Shown: in pieces, positions 54,448-63,314 of the stretch
How positions within the stretch are numbered: position 1 is the first letter of the stretch
Layout of the letters: each line of letters starts with the position of its first letter
Assembly: GCA_029552125.1 (NCBI GenBank)
Contig: JAKPEE010000156.1
Coordinates: 11,088 to 75,087 of the forward strand
DNA: 64,000 nucleotides
Reading direction: 5' to 3'
Source: Bacillota bacterium
Lineage (GTDB): Bacteria; Bacillota; Dethiobacteria; DTU022
Notes under the pieces: model-generated
Databases searched by the model: none
Seen by the model: the letters and a program-made list of their open reading frames with translations, nothing else
Told to the model about the DNA's origin: nothing
Translations under genes and position numbers: made by a program

Positions 54448-57065
54448 ACATCCTGAACAAGCTCACGCGGCGCACCCTAGAGCTCAATCGAAGGCGAACC
54501 ATTGTCACTATCATCGGGATCATCCTCTCGGCGGCAATGATCTGCGCCACCATTACCATCGCGGCCAGCTTCCAGGACCTCTTCGTGCAGAGCGCGAAGC
54601 AGACCGATGGGAATTTTCATGCCACCTTTTATGACGTCAACCCGGAGCAGGTTAAGTATATCGCCGATAACGCCTATACCGAAGTTTCCATGCTCAGCCG
54701 GAATCTCGGCTTTGCCCGCTTCGACCAGACCACCAGGGAATACCGGCCATATTTCTATGTCAAAGAGTATGACGCTACAGCCTTGAGGCATATGCCGATC
54801 AAGCTGACTGCCGGGCGCTACCCGGAGAAGGCTGGAGAGGTGCTCATCTCGGAGGAGGTTCTCGAGAGCGGTGGAAAAGCTTACCGCATCGGGCAAACGA
54901 TTACCTTCGATTTCGGAGAGCGGCTCGACCAGGAGGGAGAGCCTTTAGCCGCGGAACAACCCTTTGATGAGACAGAACAATTTGTAACCACGTCCACCAG
55001 GGCTTATACAATTACCGGGTATATCGCCAAGCCGCATTTTGAACATTTCACCAGTATCCCCGGGTTTACGGTAGTGGCCTACCTGGATCCGGACGCACTC
55101 GGCGCAGATGAAGCGGTTAATGTCTCCATCCTGGGGAAAAAACCACGCCAGATCTACGACCGGGTGCCGGAGATAGCCGCAAGCGCCGGGGTGCTGGATT
55201 ACAGTTACAACAACGAGCTTTTGAAATACCTGGGCATTTCCAGAAACGAGCGGGCTGTGGCCATGCTCAACTCCGTCGCCGCCATCGTGATCCTCCTCAT
55301 CGCCGTCGGCTCGGTGACGGTGATTTACAATGCCTTTGCCATCTCGGTAAACGAGCGGAAGAAACAGTTCGGCCTGCTGGCCTCCACCGGCGCCACCCCC
55401 GGCCAGATCCGGAATACCGTATTCTTTGAAGGAGCAATCCTGGGGCTGATCGGCATTCCCCTGGGGATCATTTCGGGCATCGGCGGCATCGGGGCAACCC
55501 TTTCCGTGGTCAATCGCCTTTTGATCGGCGCCATGTACAGCGAGGATATCACCCTCCGGTTGATCGTCTCGCCCGTTACCGTCCCGGCCACGGCCGCTTT
55601 TGTGGCCCTGATCATCTTCATTTCCGCCTATATTCCGGCCAAAAGGGCCGCCGCTACCTCGCCCATCGAGGCGATCCGGCTGAGCGGAGATATCAAGATC
55701 GAGAGGAAAACGGTAAAAACCTCCCGGCTGGCCCGTAGGCTTTTTGGCATTGAGGGAGACCTGGCCTTGAAAAACATGAAGCGCAACCGCCGCCGCTACC
55801 GGGCCACGGTCTACTCGCTATTCATCAGCATCGTGCTTTTTATCTCCTTCTCCACTTTCGTCGACTATGCCTTTACAGGCACCGGCCTTTACTTCAAGGA
55901 CATCCCTTTTGATATCATGGTTGACGTCTATGACCTCTCACCGGAGGCGCAGAGTGATATTTATGAACAGGTGTGCGCCCTGGAGGGAGTGGAGAGGTGC
56001 GCCGCCATCAGGAATATTTATACCGAATCCTGGCTGGAGCGGGAGCAGTTCGGGCCTTACCTGCAAGAGAATTACCTCGATAATTATGCACTAACCAGGG
56101 AAGGCCGCTATCAATACTACTTTCATCTGGTGGTGCTCGGCGAAGCTGAATTTATTGCCTACGCTGCGGCAAATGGGCTTACCGCCGCAGAATTCCGGGG
56201 CACTGAAAACTTCAGGGGAATCCTCGTCAATAAAAGCGATAGTTACATGCCGGAAGCCCCGCTGGCCGAGTATGAACCGCTGCAGTTGAAAAAGGGCGAT
56301 AAACTGGCGCTGGCGGGAGTGCCTCTAGATCCGGATAACCCGGAAATAATTCCTCCCTCTTTTACAATGGAGATCGGCGCCGTAACCGATAACTTCCCCC
56401 TCGGGGGGTCCTCCCCCGGCATCGGGGCTGCCAACCTGGTTGTCTCCGAGGAGATCTTCGAGGAGATAAGCCTGCTTATGCTGGAGCAGAGCGAGCACCT
56501 GATGTATGACGACCGCGAGCATCTGCAGCTTTATCTAATTGCAGACAGCAGCGCCGGCCTGGCGGACCAGATCCACACTATTTGCGAAAATTATACGGAC
56601 AGCCGGATCTACATTCAAGATGTGAAGGCCCTGCAGCAGGAGGCGAAGCGCATCAAAACAGCATTCTCCATCTTTCTCTACGGCTTCATCACCCTGATCA
56701 CCCTCATCGGCGTCACCAATATCTTCAACACCATCAGCACCAACGTGGCCCTGCGCCGCCGCGAATTCGCCATGCTTAAATCCGTGGGGCTGACACCGGA
56801 GGGTTTTAACCGGATGATCAACTATGAAAGCATCTTCTACGGACTGAAAGCTCTCCTCTACGGCCTGCCGGTTGGCATCCTGTGCAGCATATGGATGTAT
56901 AACAGCTTCGGCCATATGTTCGAGTTTGCCTTTTTCCTGCCGTGGCGAGAGATGGCTTACTGCGTCGCCGGCGTCTTTATCATCGTCTCCATGACCATGC
57001 TGCACGCCTCGGCGCGGCTGAAGAAAGAAAACATCATCGACGCCCTGCGCCAGGAAAACCTTTAG
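54444..57065 (+). CDS. FtsX-family ABC transporter permease (duplicated FtsX module, 873 aa)
   Basis: GTGA start/stop overlap with the ATPase gene. There are two FtsX-like 4-TM bundles (about aa 270-400 and 750-870), each preceded by a large soluble domain. Confidence 0.85.
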   Translation: MNILNKLTRRTLELNRRRTIVTIIGIILSAAMICATITIAASFQDLFVQSAKQTDGNFHATFYDVNPEQVKYIADNAYTEVSMLSRNLGFARFDQTTREYRPYFYVKEYDATALRHMPIKLTAGRYPEKAGEVLISEEVLESGGKAYRIGQTITFDFGERLDQEGEPLAAEQPFDETEQFVTTSTRAYTITGYIAKPHFEHFTSIPGFTVVAYLDPDALGADEAVNVSILGKKPRQIYDRVPEIAASAGVLDYSYNNELLKYLGISRNERAVAMLNSVAAIVILLIAVGSVTVIYNAFAISVNERKKQFGLLASTGATPGQIRNTVFFEGAILGLIGIPLGIISGIGGIGATLSVVNRLLIGAMYSEDITLRLIVSPVTVPATAAFVALIIFISAYIPAKRAAATSPIEAIRLSGDIKIERKTVKTSRLARRLFGIEGDLALKNMKRNRRRYRATVYSLFISIVLFISFSTFVDYAFTGTGLYFKDIPFDIMVDVYDLSPEAQSDIYEQVCALEGVERCAAIRNIYTESWLEREQFGPYLQENYLDNYALTREGRYQYYFHLVVLGEAEFIAYAAANGLTAAEFRGTENFRGILVNKSDSYMPEAPLAEYEPLQLKKGDKLALAGVPLDPDNPEIIPPSFTMEIGAVTDNFPLGGSSPGIGAANLVVSEEIFEEISLLMLEQSEHLMYDDREHLQLYLIADSSAGLADQIHTICENYTDSRIYIQDVKALQQEAKRIKTAFSIFLYGFITLITLIGVTNIFNTISTNVALRRREFAMLKSVGLTPEGFNRMINYESIFYGLKALLYGLPVGILCSIWMYNSFGHMFEFAFFLPWREMAYCVAGVFIIVSMTMLHASARLKKENIIDALRQENL

Positions 57066-57082
57066 AAACCAAGGGGAGCAAA

Positions 57083-57116
57083 GGGAAGCAAGGGGAAGAT
57101 CCTTTTGCTTCCCTTT
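57083..57116 (+). terminator. Rho-independent terminator after the ABC permease
   Basis: The stem is gggaagcaagggg-aagat-ccttttgcttccc (13 bp including 2 G-U) followed by ttt. Confidence 0.7.
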
Positions 57117-57210
57117 CCCGGATTAACCTTTATAATCTAGGGTATAATCCAGGTTTAAGCACAGGTGGGAGGGATTAATCCTGCGACGATTAGCGTTACT
57201 GGTTCTAATA

Positions 57211-58479
57211 GTGCTATGGCTGTGCTGCCAGCCGGCAGCTTACGCCCTGGAGAGCCCCGCCGGGCTGGGCGGGGACGGGGGCGAGGCGATGATCCTGGTT
57301 GAGGAACACAGCGGCAAAGTGCTCTACGAGAAAAACGAAAGGCAGCTTATGTACCCCGCCAGTACAACCAAAATAATGACGGCGCTGCTGCTGCTGGAGC
57401 ATGTGGCACCGCAGGAAACGGTTACCGTGGGGGAAGAGATTTTATTAATCGGTCCGGACAGCAGTAACGCCGGGTTAGCGGTGGGCGACAAGATCAGCGC
57501 CGCTGATCTGCTTGGCGCCATGCTGATCCCTTCCGGGAATGACGCCGCCTATGCCGCCGCCGTCTATATTGCCCGGCAGGCAAGCGCCCGGCCCGGGATG
57601 CCCACCCCGGAGGCCCTGCAATATTTTGCCAACATGATGAATGACCGGGCCCGCGGGCTGGGTGCTTTAAATACACACTTTGTCAATCCCGACGGCTACC
57701 ATCATCCCGATCACTATTCCAGCGCTTATGATTTATCGTTGATTTCCCGGGCAGCGCTGCAAAACGAACTCTTCCGCAGGGCGGTGCAGGCCCCGGTTTA
57801 TGAAGCGACCATCATACGCCACGGCGAGCCGCTTTCCTTAACCTGGTATAATACCAACCTCTTGCTGCACCGCCAGATGCCCCAGTATTATCCCCGGGCG
57901 ACCGGCTTGAAAACCGGCTATACCCCCCAGGCCGGATCAAACCTGGTGGCCACGGCTACCGACGGCGAGCTCGATCTGCTGGCAGTGATCCTGAACAGCA
58001 GCGATGAAGGCCGCTGGCAGGAGGCCGTGGCTTTATTCGATTACGGCTTCAGCCATTTTCAGTCATTCTCTGTGGTCGAGAAAGGGCAGGTTGTGGCTAC
58101 AGCAGCCTTATCGGGCCAGTCCAAGGGGGAGAAAGCGGAAGTACCCGCCCTGGCCGGCACGGGTTATGAAGACATACTATCAGTAGAGGAAATTTCGCGC
58201 CTTGAGCAGATTATCACCTGGGACAGCAGGCTTCTATCCGGCAAAGACAAGACCAGGTTGAAAGCCCCTTTAAAGGAGGGGCAGGTTATCGGCCTGGCCA
58301 GGTATATTCTGGATGGCCAGGTCTTGTTTGAGACAGAGCTTTTAAGCGGCTCTGCAGTAAGAGCCCGTTTTCCCTGGGAAAAATATTTGGCCCCCGCACT
58401 GCTGCTGCCGCTTTTGTTCGTTATAATTAAGCGCAGGCAGCGCATCGCTTCACCTTCCCGGCGGCGTCGTAGATTTTGA
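57211..58479 (+). CDS. Serine-type D-Ala-D-Ala carboxypeptidase (PBP5/DacB-like, S11)
   Basis: It has SxxK 'ASTTKIMT', SxN 'PSGNDAA', 'KTGYT', a PBP5 C-terminal domain and a C-terminal membrane anchor. The true start is probably about 30 nt upstream at a non-canonical codon (see findings). Confidence 0.88.
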   Translation: MLWLCCQPAAYALESPAGLGGDGGEAMILVEEHSGKVLYEKNERQLMYPASTTKIMTALLLLEHVAPQETVTVGEEILLIGPDSSNAGLAVGDKISAADLLGAMLIPSGNDAAYAAAVYIARQASARPGMPTPEALQYFANMMNDRARGLGALNTHFVNPDGYHHPDHYSSAYDLSLISRAALQNELFRRAVQAPVYEATIIRHGEPLSLTWYNTNLLLHRQMPQYYPRATGLKTGYTPQAGSNLVATATDGELDLLAVILNSSDEGRWQEAVALFDYGFSHFQSFSVVEKGQVVATAALSGQSKGEKAEVPALAGTGYEDILSVEEISRLEQIITWDSRLLSGKDKTRLKAPLKEGQVIGLARYILDGQVLFETELLSGSAVRARFPWEKYLAPALLLPLLFVIIKRRQRIASPSRRRRRF

Positions 58480-58784
58480 AAGATTTAGCGTTTATTTAGC
58501 CTCGCGGCTTTCCCCCCGGGGACCGTGCCAGGGCACGGAAATTATCGCTCTAGTTGAACCTGGCCCGCGCCGCCCTATACTCAAGACAGTGCCGGGAAAG
58601 CCGGCTTGGCTTCTTCGATTTTGCCGTGGTGTTGGGAACATTTTTCTACTTCACCGTGCGGGCGTTCCTGAGCAAAAAATTAGGCCAATGGCGGTGCCAT
58701 GGCCAAACTATTGAAAGGCCGGAAGCCGCCGTGCAGCAGCTTCCGGCTTATTGATTAAATGCTATTACTGCTAAAGGATCCTGC

Positions 58785-58889
58785 TTAGGAGAATCCTTTC
58801 CCTTTCAAGGCGATCGCAATAAAATATGCGGTGCCGCCCCAGAAGACGGCTATTCCGACAAACAGCATGACCCATGCTCCGGCCGACAT
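58785..58889 (-). CDS. MetS-like small subunit of the NSS transporter (34 aa)
   Basis: Not in the ORF track. The minus-strand translation is MSAGAWVMLFVGIAVFWGGTAYFIAIALKGKGFS*. It is a single TM helix. GAGGTGA RBS lies 5 nt upstream. The ORF lies 39 nt downstream of the NSS gene. Confidence 0.7.
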   Translation of the reverse strand: MSAGAWVMLFVGIAVFWGGTAYFIAIALKGKGFS

Positions 58890-58928
58890 ATTATTCACCT
58901 CGCTAGATAATATTGCCAAACACACAGA

Positions 58929-60425
58929 TTAATTTTGTTCTTCCATATATTCGTCGGCTTCTCCGGCCGTCTTAAGCTTGCTAAGGATAAAAGCGATAAC
59001 CGGCAGAAGGATGACCATGACCCAGCCCACATTGAGGGCCCACTGGGGGTAGCCCCCGTAAGGTACTTTTAGATCTATAACCAGGTTATAAACCAGGATA
59101 AAAATCAGGGCGGCAGGAGTGAGGTATTTCACGCAGAAGTCAAACCATCCTCCCACCTTGATTTCCGAGAGCCCGTTGACGTGATCGCGGATCTTTTTCG
59201 GCCCGATTATCCACCCCAGCACGATACATTCCACTAAACCGACAACGATCAGACCGTAGCTGTTTACAAATTTATCGACAATATCGAGCCAGTGCAGCCC
59301 GCCGTCGGTGACAAATATCAGGCCAATGAGAAAACCGGGAAGCGAAACAGCCGCTACCGCGGTGCTGCGCTTCAGATTCCATTTATCCATAATGGCGCCG
59401 ATACAGCCTTCGACCAGGGAGAACTGCGAGTCAATAGCCAGCGTAATCAACAGCAGGAAGAAGAGGACGCCAAAAAAGGGCGCACCGGGTAAAAGGTTGA
59501 TCACTTTCGGATAAACCATAAAGGCAAGCCCGAGGCCGCCGCTGCCGGCTACATCCGCTACCGCTGCACCCTGCTGGGCGGCCATATAGCCCACTGTGCT
59601 GAAGATGGCCAGGCCGGCCAGAAAAGCAATGCCCGCGTCAGCCAGGGAGGCGATAAAGACGTTGTTTGCTATTTCCGCATCCCGGGGCAGGTAGCTGGCG
59701 TAGGCTATAAGTACGCCCATGCCTACACTTAGAGAGAAGAACACCTGGCTGTAAGCGTCTCTCCATACGGCCAGATTGCTCAAGGCGGCAAAGTTGGGAC
59801 TCAGATAATAATCAAGGCCAGCGGCGGCGCCCTCCAGGGTGAAGCCGCGGATGGCCAGGACTATCAGCAGGATCACCGGCATGGTCGCGGTAACCATAAC
59901 CACCTTGCCCACACCGGTAACACCGCTATACACAATGGCTACAACCATGATCCAGCCGATAAGAAAGGAAATTAAGACGGGAATATTAATCCTGCCGAGG
60001 ACACCCGGCCCCTCTGATACTCTAAGGAAATTTAAGAAAAATCCGGTAGTGTCTTCTCCCCAGGACAGATTTAGCGCGTGCACCACATAGTTAATCGCCC
60101 AGGCCATGACTACACCGTAATAGGTAATAATGACAAATGAAGCAGCGTTTCCCCACCAGCCCACCATCTCCAGGCCTTTCCCGGCACGCCGGTAGGCAAT
60201 GGGGGGTGCGCTCATATACTTGTGGCCGATTCCGAATTCCAACAACATCAGGGGAATGCCCGCTGTTAAAAGGGCAAAAATATAAGGAATTAAGAATGCA
60301 CCACCACCATTCTGGGCCACCATGTAGGGGAAACGCCAGGCATTGCCCAGCCCGACTGCCGATCCCAGCACGGCAAAAATAAATGCCCCGCGCCAGGACC
60401 AGTTTTCACGCTTCTTCAAAACCAT
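58929..60425 (-). CDS. Sodium-dependent transporter, neurotransmitter:sodium symporter (NSS/SNF) family
   Basis: It has 'GSAVGLGNAWRFPY' and about 12 TM helices. The start is placed at the ATG for 'MVLKKRENWS', and the TTG two codons later has better RBS spacing. The longer track ORF start lacks support. Confidence 0.88.
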   Translation of the reverse strand: MVLKKRENWSWRGAFIFAVLGSAVGLGNAWRFPYMVAQNGGGAFLIPYIFALLTAGIPLMLLEFGIGHKYMSAPPIAYRRAGKGLEMVGWWGNAASFVIITYYGVVMAWAINYVVHALNLSWGEDTTGFFLNFLRVSEGPGVLGRINIPVLISFLIGWIMVVAIVYSGVTGVGKVVMVTATMPVILLIVLAIRGFTLEGAAAGLDYYLSPNFAALSNLAVWRDAYSQVFFSLSVGMGVLIAYASYLPRDAEIANNVFIASLADAGIAFLAGLAIFSTVGYMAAQQGAAVADVAGSGGLGLAFMVYPKVINLLPGAPFFGVLFFLLLITLAIDSQFSLVEGCIGAIMDKWNLKRSTAVAAVSLPGFLIGLIFVTDGGLHWLDIVDKFVNSYGLIVVGLVECIVLGWIIGPKKIRDHVNGLSEIKVGGWFDFCVKYLTPAALIFILVYNLVIDLKVPYGGYPQWALNVGWVMVILLPVIAFILSKLKTAGEADEYMEEQN

Positions 60426-60628
60426 TCCCTCCCTAAAATGTTTATATATAATAGTGCTTGTTATGCTGCAGACACGTTTATGTGTTAGCTGCAGCATCAA
60501 GGCGAATAATACTTAATGGTATTCGCTTTAAATGCTATTTTCCCTTTTTATTTCGACAAAATTGTATATGGTTTGATAAATTTGCTGTCTGGCGCCTCTG
60601 GGCCCAGGAGCTACTTCGTTGAAAATTT

Positions 60629-61531
60629 TTAACGGCGAGAGGAAGCGGTTTCCCCTGACAAGATGCGGATAGCCTGCATGGCTGCGCGGCAGCCTTCGGC
60701 AGCGGCAACCACTGCCTGCTTAACCTGCGGGCAGAGAACGTCTCCGGCGGCAAATACGCCTGGAATGGCGGTTTGCATGTTTTCGTCCACTATAAGGCAG
60801 CCGTATGCATCGGTGGGCAAGACGCCGCCCAGAAAGGCGGTGACCGGCCGGTTTCCGTAGAGGTAGATAAAAACCCCTTTTACTTCCAACTGAATTTCCC
60901 TGTCGCCTTGCTGCACCACCAATCCGGTGACTGCTTTTTCTCCATTAATCTGCGTTACCCTGGCTCCGGTTACAGGAGTAATCCCTTCCGGCAGGGTCGC
61001 CGGGGGCTCTTTTTTCCTGGTAACAAAGTAAAGCGGCGCAGCGAAACGGGTCAAGAAGCGGGCTTCCTCCACGGCCTCCTCGTTGTCGCCCACCACCGCC
61101 ACGGCCTTGCCGCGAAAAAAGGCGCCGTCGCAGGTGGCGCAGTAAGATACGCCCCTTCCGGTCAGGGCATCTTCGCCCGGCAGAGCGGCAGCCCGGCCCA
61201 TGCTGCCGGTGGCGATGATTACCGTGCGGGTCTCAAACAGATCACCGGCAGTGTAAATTTGTTTAAGCTCCCCTTCCAGGTTGACCCCGGTAACCCGCTC
61301 CTGTTTAAAGCGGGCCCCAAAAGATTGAGCCTGCTCCCGCATTATTCTAACCAGCTCCACACCGGCCACTCGCGGCACCCCGGGATAGTTGTCGACCTGG
61401 CCGGCCATGCCCAGCGCCCCGGATGTAACTCCTTTGTCCAGCACCAGGGTCTTCAATCCAGCCCTGGCGGCATAGATTGCCGCCGCGCTCCCGGCGGGGC
61501 CGCCGCCGATAATGACCACATCTTCAGGCAT
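60629..61531 (-). CDS. trxB: Thioredoxin-disulfide reductase-like flavoprotein
   Basis: It has FAD motif 'VVIIGGGPAGSAAAIYAARAG', redox centre 'CATCDG', NADPH motif 'VAVVGDNEEAVEEA' and 'GVFAAGD'. The start is placed at 'MPEDVV', 9 nt after GAAGGAG. Confidence 0.85.
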   Translation of the reverse strand: MPEDVVIIGGGPAGSAAAIYAARAGLKTLVLDKGVTSGALGMAGQVDNYPGVPRVAGVELVRIMREQAQSFGARFKQERVTGVNLEGELKQIYTAGDLFETRTVIIATGSMGRAAALPGEDALTGRGVSYCATCDGAFFRGKAVAVVGDNEEAVEEARFLTRFAAPLYFVTRKKEPPATLPEGITPVTGARVTQINGEKAVTGLVVQQGDREIQLEVKGVFIYLYGNRPVTAFLGGVLPTDAYGCLIVDENMQTAIPGVFAAGDVLCPQVKQAVVAAAEGCRAAMQAIRILSGETASSRR

Positions 61532-61597
61532 GGAGGTCAACTCCTTCATCAAACCTGTATGTTTGCAGCATACCCATTTGGGGGCAGGGGCATACGA

Positions 61598-61635
61598 CGC
61601 CTGGTGCCGGTGGTTCTATTTGCCGGCACCAGGCG
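61598..61635. promoter_or_regulatory. Perfect 13-bp inverted repeat (CGCCTGGTGCCGG-N12-CCGGCACCAGGCG) upstream of the trxB-like gene
   Basis: Read directly from the sequence. It lies 67-104 nt upstream of the proposed start, with no T-tail on either strand. Confidence 0.5.
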
Positions 61636-61713
61636 GAATCAAGAATGTTGGCATTGCTGATAGTTGCTCAGTTGTAAATGTTATAGATGCTTCCCGGCGG
61701 ATAGAAAACGATA

Positions 61714-61758
61714 GGCCAGGCGGTAGCAGCTGCTTTTTCGATTTCGGCCCGCCTGGCC
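61714..61758 (-). terminator. Probable terminator of the EamA-family gene
   Basis: 10-bp stem ggccaggcgg / ccgcctggcc with a 25-nt loop containing the palindrome agcagctgct. The minus-strand tail is tatcgttttc. Confidence 0.5.
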
Positions 61759-61869
61759 CTCCTTTACTCAAGGGGGCATGGTCGCGTTCCAAAAGGCTTA
61801 TTAAGGGAATTTCGGGGGATTTAGGCGTGGAAGCCGCCTACCACATTAGGTGAGGACTGGGACAGGGCA

Positions 61870-62772
61870 TTAGCCGGGCGTGGCGTTTTTTTCCGGGGCC
61901 GGCGCAGCATGGCGCGCCCGGGTAATCAGGACAGCACCAGTCAACACAGCGATGCCGCCGGCAGCTTGAAGCGGTGTGAGGCGATCCTGCAACAGAATTA
62001 CCGCGCTAATCGTCGTAAAGAGCGGCTCGGTCATGCTTAAGATTGAAGCCCGGGCCGGCCCAAGGATCTCTATACCCCTGAAGAAAGCAAAGATGCCGAT
62101 GATCGTCGAAAAAAAGACCAGGCCAAGTGCAGGGAGCCAGGCCGCAGCCGCGAAGGCAAAACTGATTTTTTCTGTAAAAAGGCTAACTACAAGGATGCCG
62201 GCGCCGGCAAATAAAGAGACAAAAGTGCTGGTAATCAGTGGCGGCGTGCTTTTTAGAACTCTGTTTCCCATGATAATATAGGTTGAATAAACCAGGGCCG
62301 CGCTGAGAGCTAAGACGATGCCAGTTCCGTTAATGCGGCCGTAGGAAGTGCCCAGGATTAACAGAACGCCGACAAACGAGACGGCGGCGGAAACAACCAT
62401 CATCCGGGTCGGTTTGTCGCGGTCAATAATTGTAGCTAAAATGACCACGATCAGGGGATAGGTGTATAACAGCAGCGACGCCAGAGATGGGGCAATGTAG
62501 CGTACTGCTGAAAAATAAAATGCAGATTGCAGAGTGTAACAGACTCCGCCAAGCAGGAAGAAGTAAAACAGATCGCTTCGTTTCAGGGCAATGCGGCGAT
62601 GCTTGATCAAAACATAAACCAGGAAAATCACCGCTGCCAGGGTGAAACGGATTAACAGCAGGGTCGTAACGTTTATATTACTCTGATAGGCGTAAAGGGC
62701 GAAGATGGGAATCATGCCAAAACCAAAGGCTGACAGCAGTACCAGCGCCACCCCTTTTAAATATTGCTGCAT
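61870..62772 (-). CDS. EamA/DMT-family transporter
   Basis: 300-aa ORF with 10 predicted TM helices arranged as two 5-TM EamA-like halves. Confidence 0.8.
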   Translation of the reverse strand: MQQYLKGVALVLLSAFGFGMIPIFALYAYQSNINVTTLLLIRFTLAAVIFLVYVLIKHRRIALKRSDLFYFFLLGGVCYTLQSAFYFSAVRYIAPSLASLLLYTYPLIVVILATIIDRDKPTRMMVVSAAVSFVGVLLILGTSYGRINGTGIVLALSAALVYSTYIIMGNRVLKSTPPLITSTFVSLFAGAGILVVSLFTEKISFAFAAAAWLPALGLVFFSTIIGIFAFFRGIEILGPARASILSMTEPLFTTISAVILLQDRLTPLQAAGGIAVLTGAVLITRARHAAPAPEKNATPG

Positions 62773-62933
62773 CGCGTGCTTTCTCCACTGATAAACATTT
62801 ATGGCCTGATCATACCGGATTATATTTGTTTTGGCTACCGGAAAAATGTTTTTATGAGCGGATGGCTGTACTCTACAATTCTATTTTTCAGATGTGGCCG
62901 GGTGGGCGCCCTGCGCCTCCTGTACAGGTTTAT

Positions 62934-62964
62934 GGGGCTGTCCCAAAAGGTCAGCCTCTTTTGT
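62934..62964 (+). repeat. Orphan copy of the ferredoxin-terminator 30-mer
   Basis: The sequence ggggctgtcccaaaaggtcagcctcttttg matches 33608-33637 (ggggctgtcccaaaagggcagccccttttg) at 28 of 30 positions. No plus-strand gene lies upstream of it. Confidence 0.75.
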
Positions 62965-63004
62965 GCAGCCCCAGTTTTACGGATTCATTGCGTCAACGGC
63001 AATT

Positions 63005-63041
63005 CCCTCTCCCCCGGTGAGAGAGGGCCAGAGAGAGGGGG
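63005..63041. repeat. Hairpin repeat 'CCCTCTCCCCC-ggt-GAGAGAGGG' plus GAGAGAGGGGG tail (family copy 2 of 3)
   Basis: It has the same leading 12-mer ttccctctcccc and the same architecture as 14747-14785. Confidence 0.7.
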
Positions 63042-63096
63042 AAAGGAAGTCTGTTGCTCTGGCATGGGCCGGGAAAAGCTGCGCCCCCCCACCCTG

Positions 63097-63119
63097 CCCT
63101 CCCCCACGAGGGGGGAGAG
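63097..63119. repeat. Hairpin repeat 'CCCTCCCCC-acgag-GGGGGAGAG' (family copy 3 of 3)
   Basis: It is a related C-rich/G-rich hairpin in the same orientation, 56 nt after copy 2. Confidence 0.6.
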
Positions 63120-63314
63120 TATCGGTTAACGGATTGTTTTCTGTAAATCTGCCTACTATAGTTGTTGGTGCCGTTTATCCTGTCTAAACACTTTCTCCTG
63201 GCTTCTTGCTTCCCTTAGTTCTCCCAAAGCCTCCTTTCCCTCTTCTCCTTTATCCTATATTCTGTCTCCGCCTTAATCTCCCCCGCCCTGAGTGAAATAG
63301 CCGGATTTAAAGGC

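Noticed and set aside
62764-63187. Three overlapping plus-strand ORFs (121, 64 and 97 aa) lie in the EamA/ABC-2 spacer.
   Set aside because: They are read-throughs of the hairpin repeats (for example 'PSPTRGESIG' and 'GAVPKGQPLL'). They have no RBS, and their composition is dictated by the repeats.
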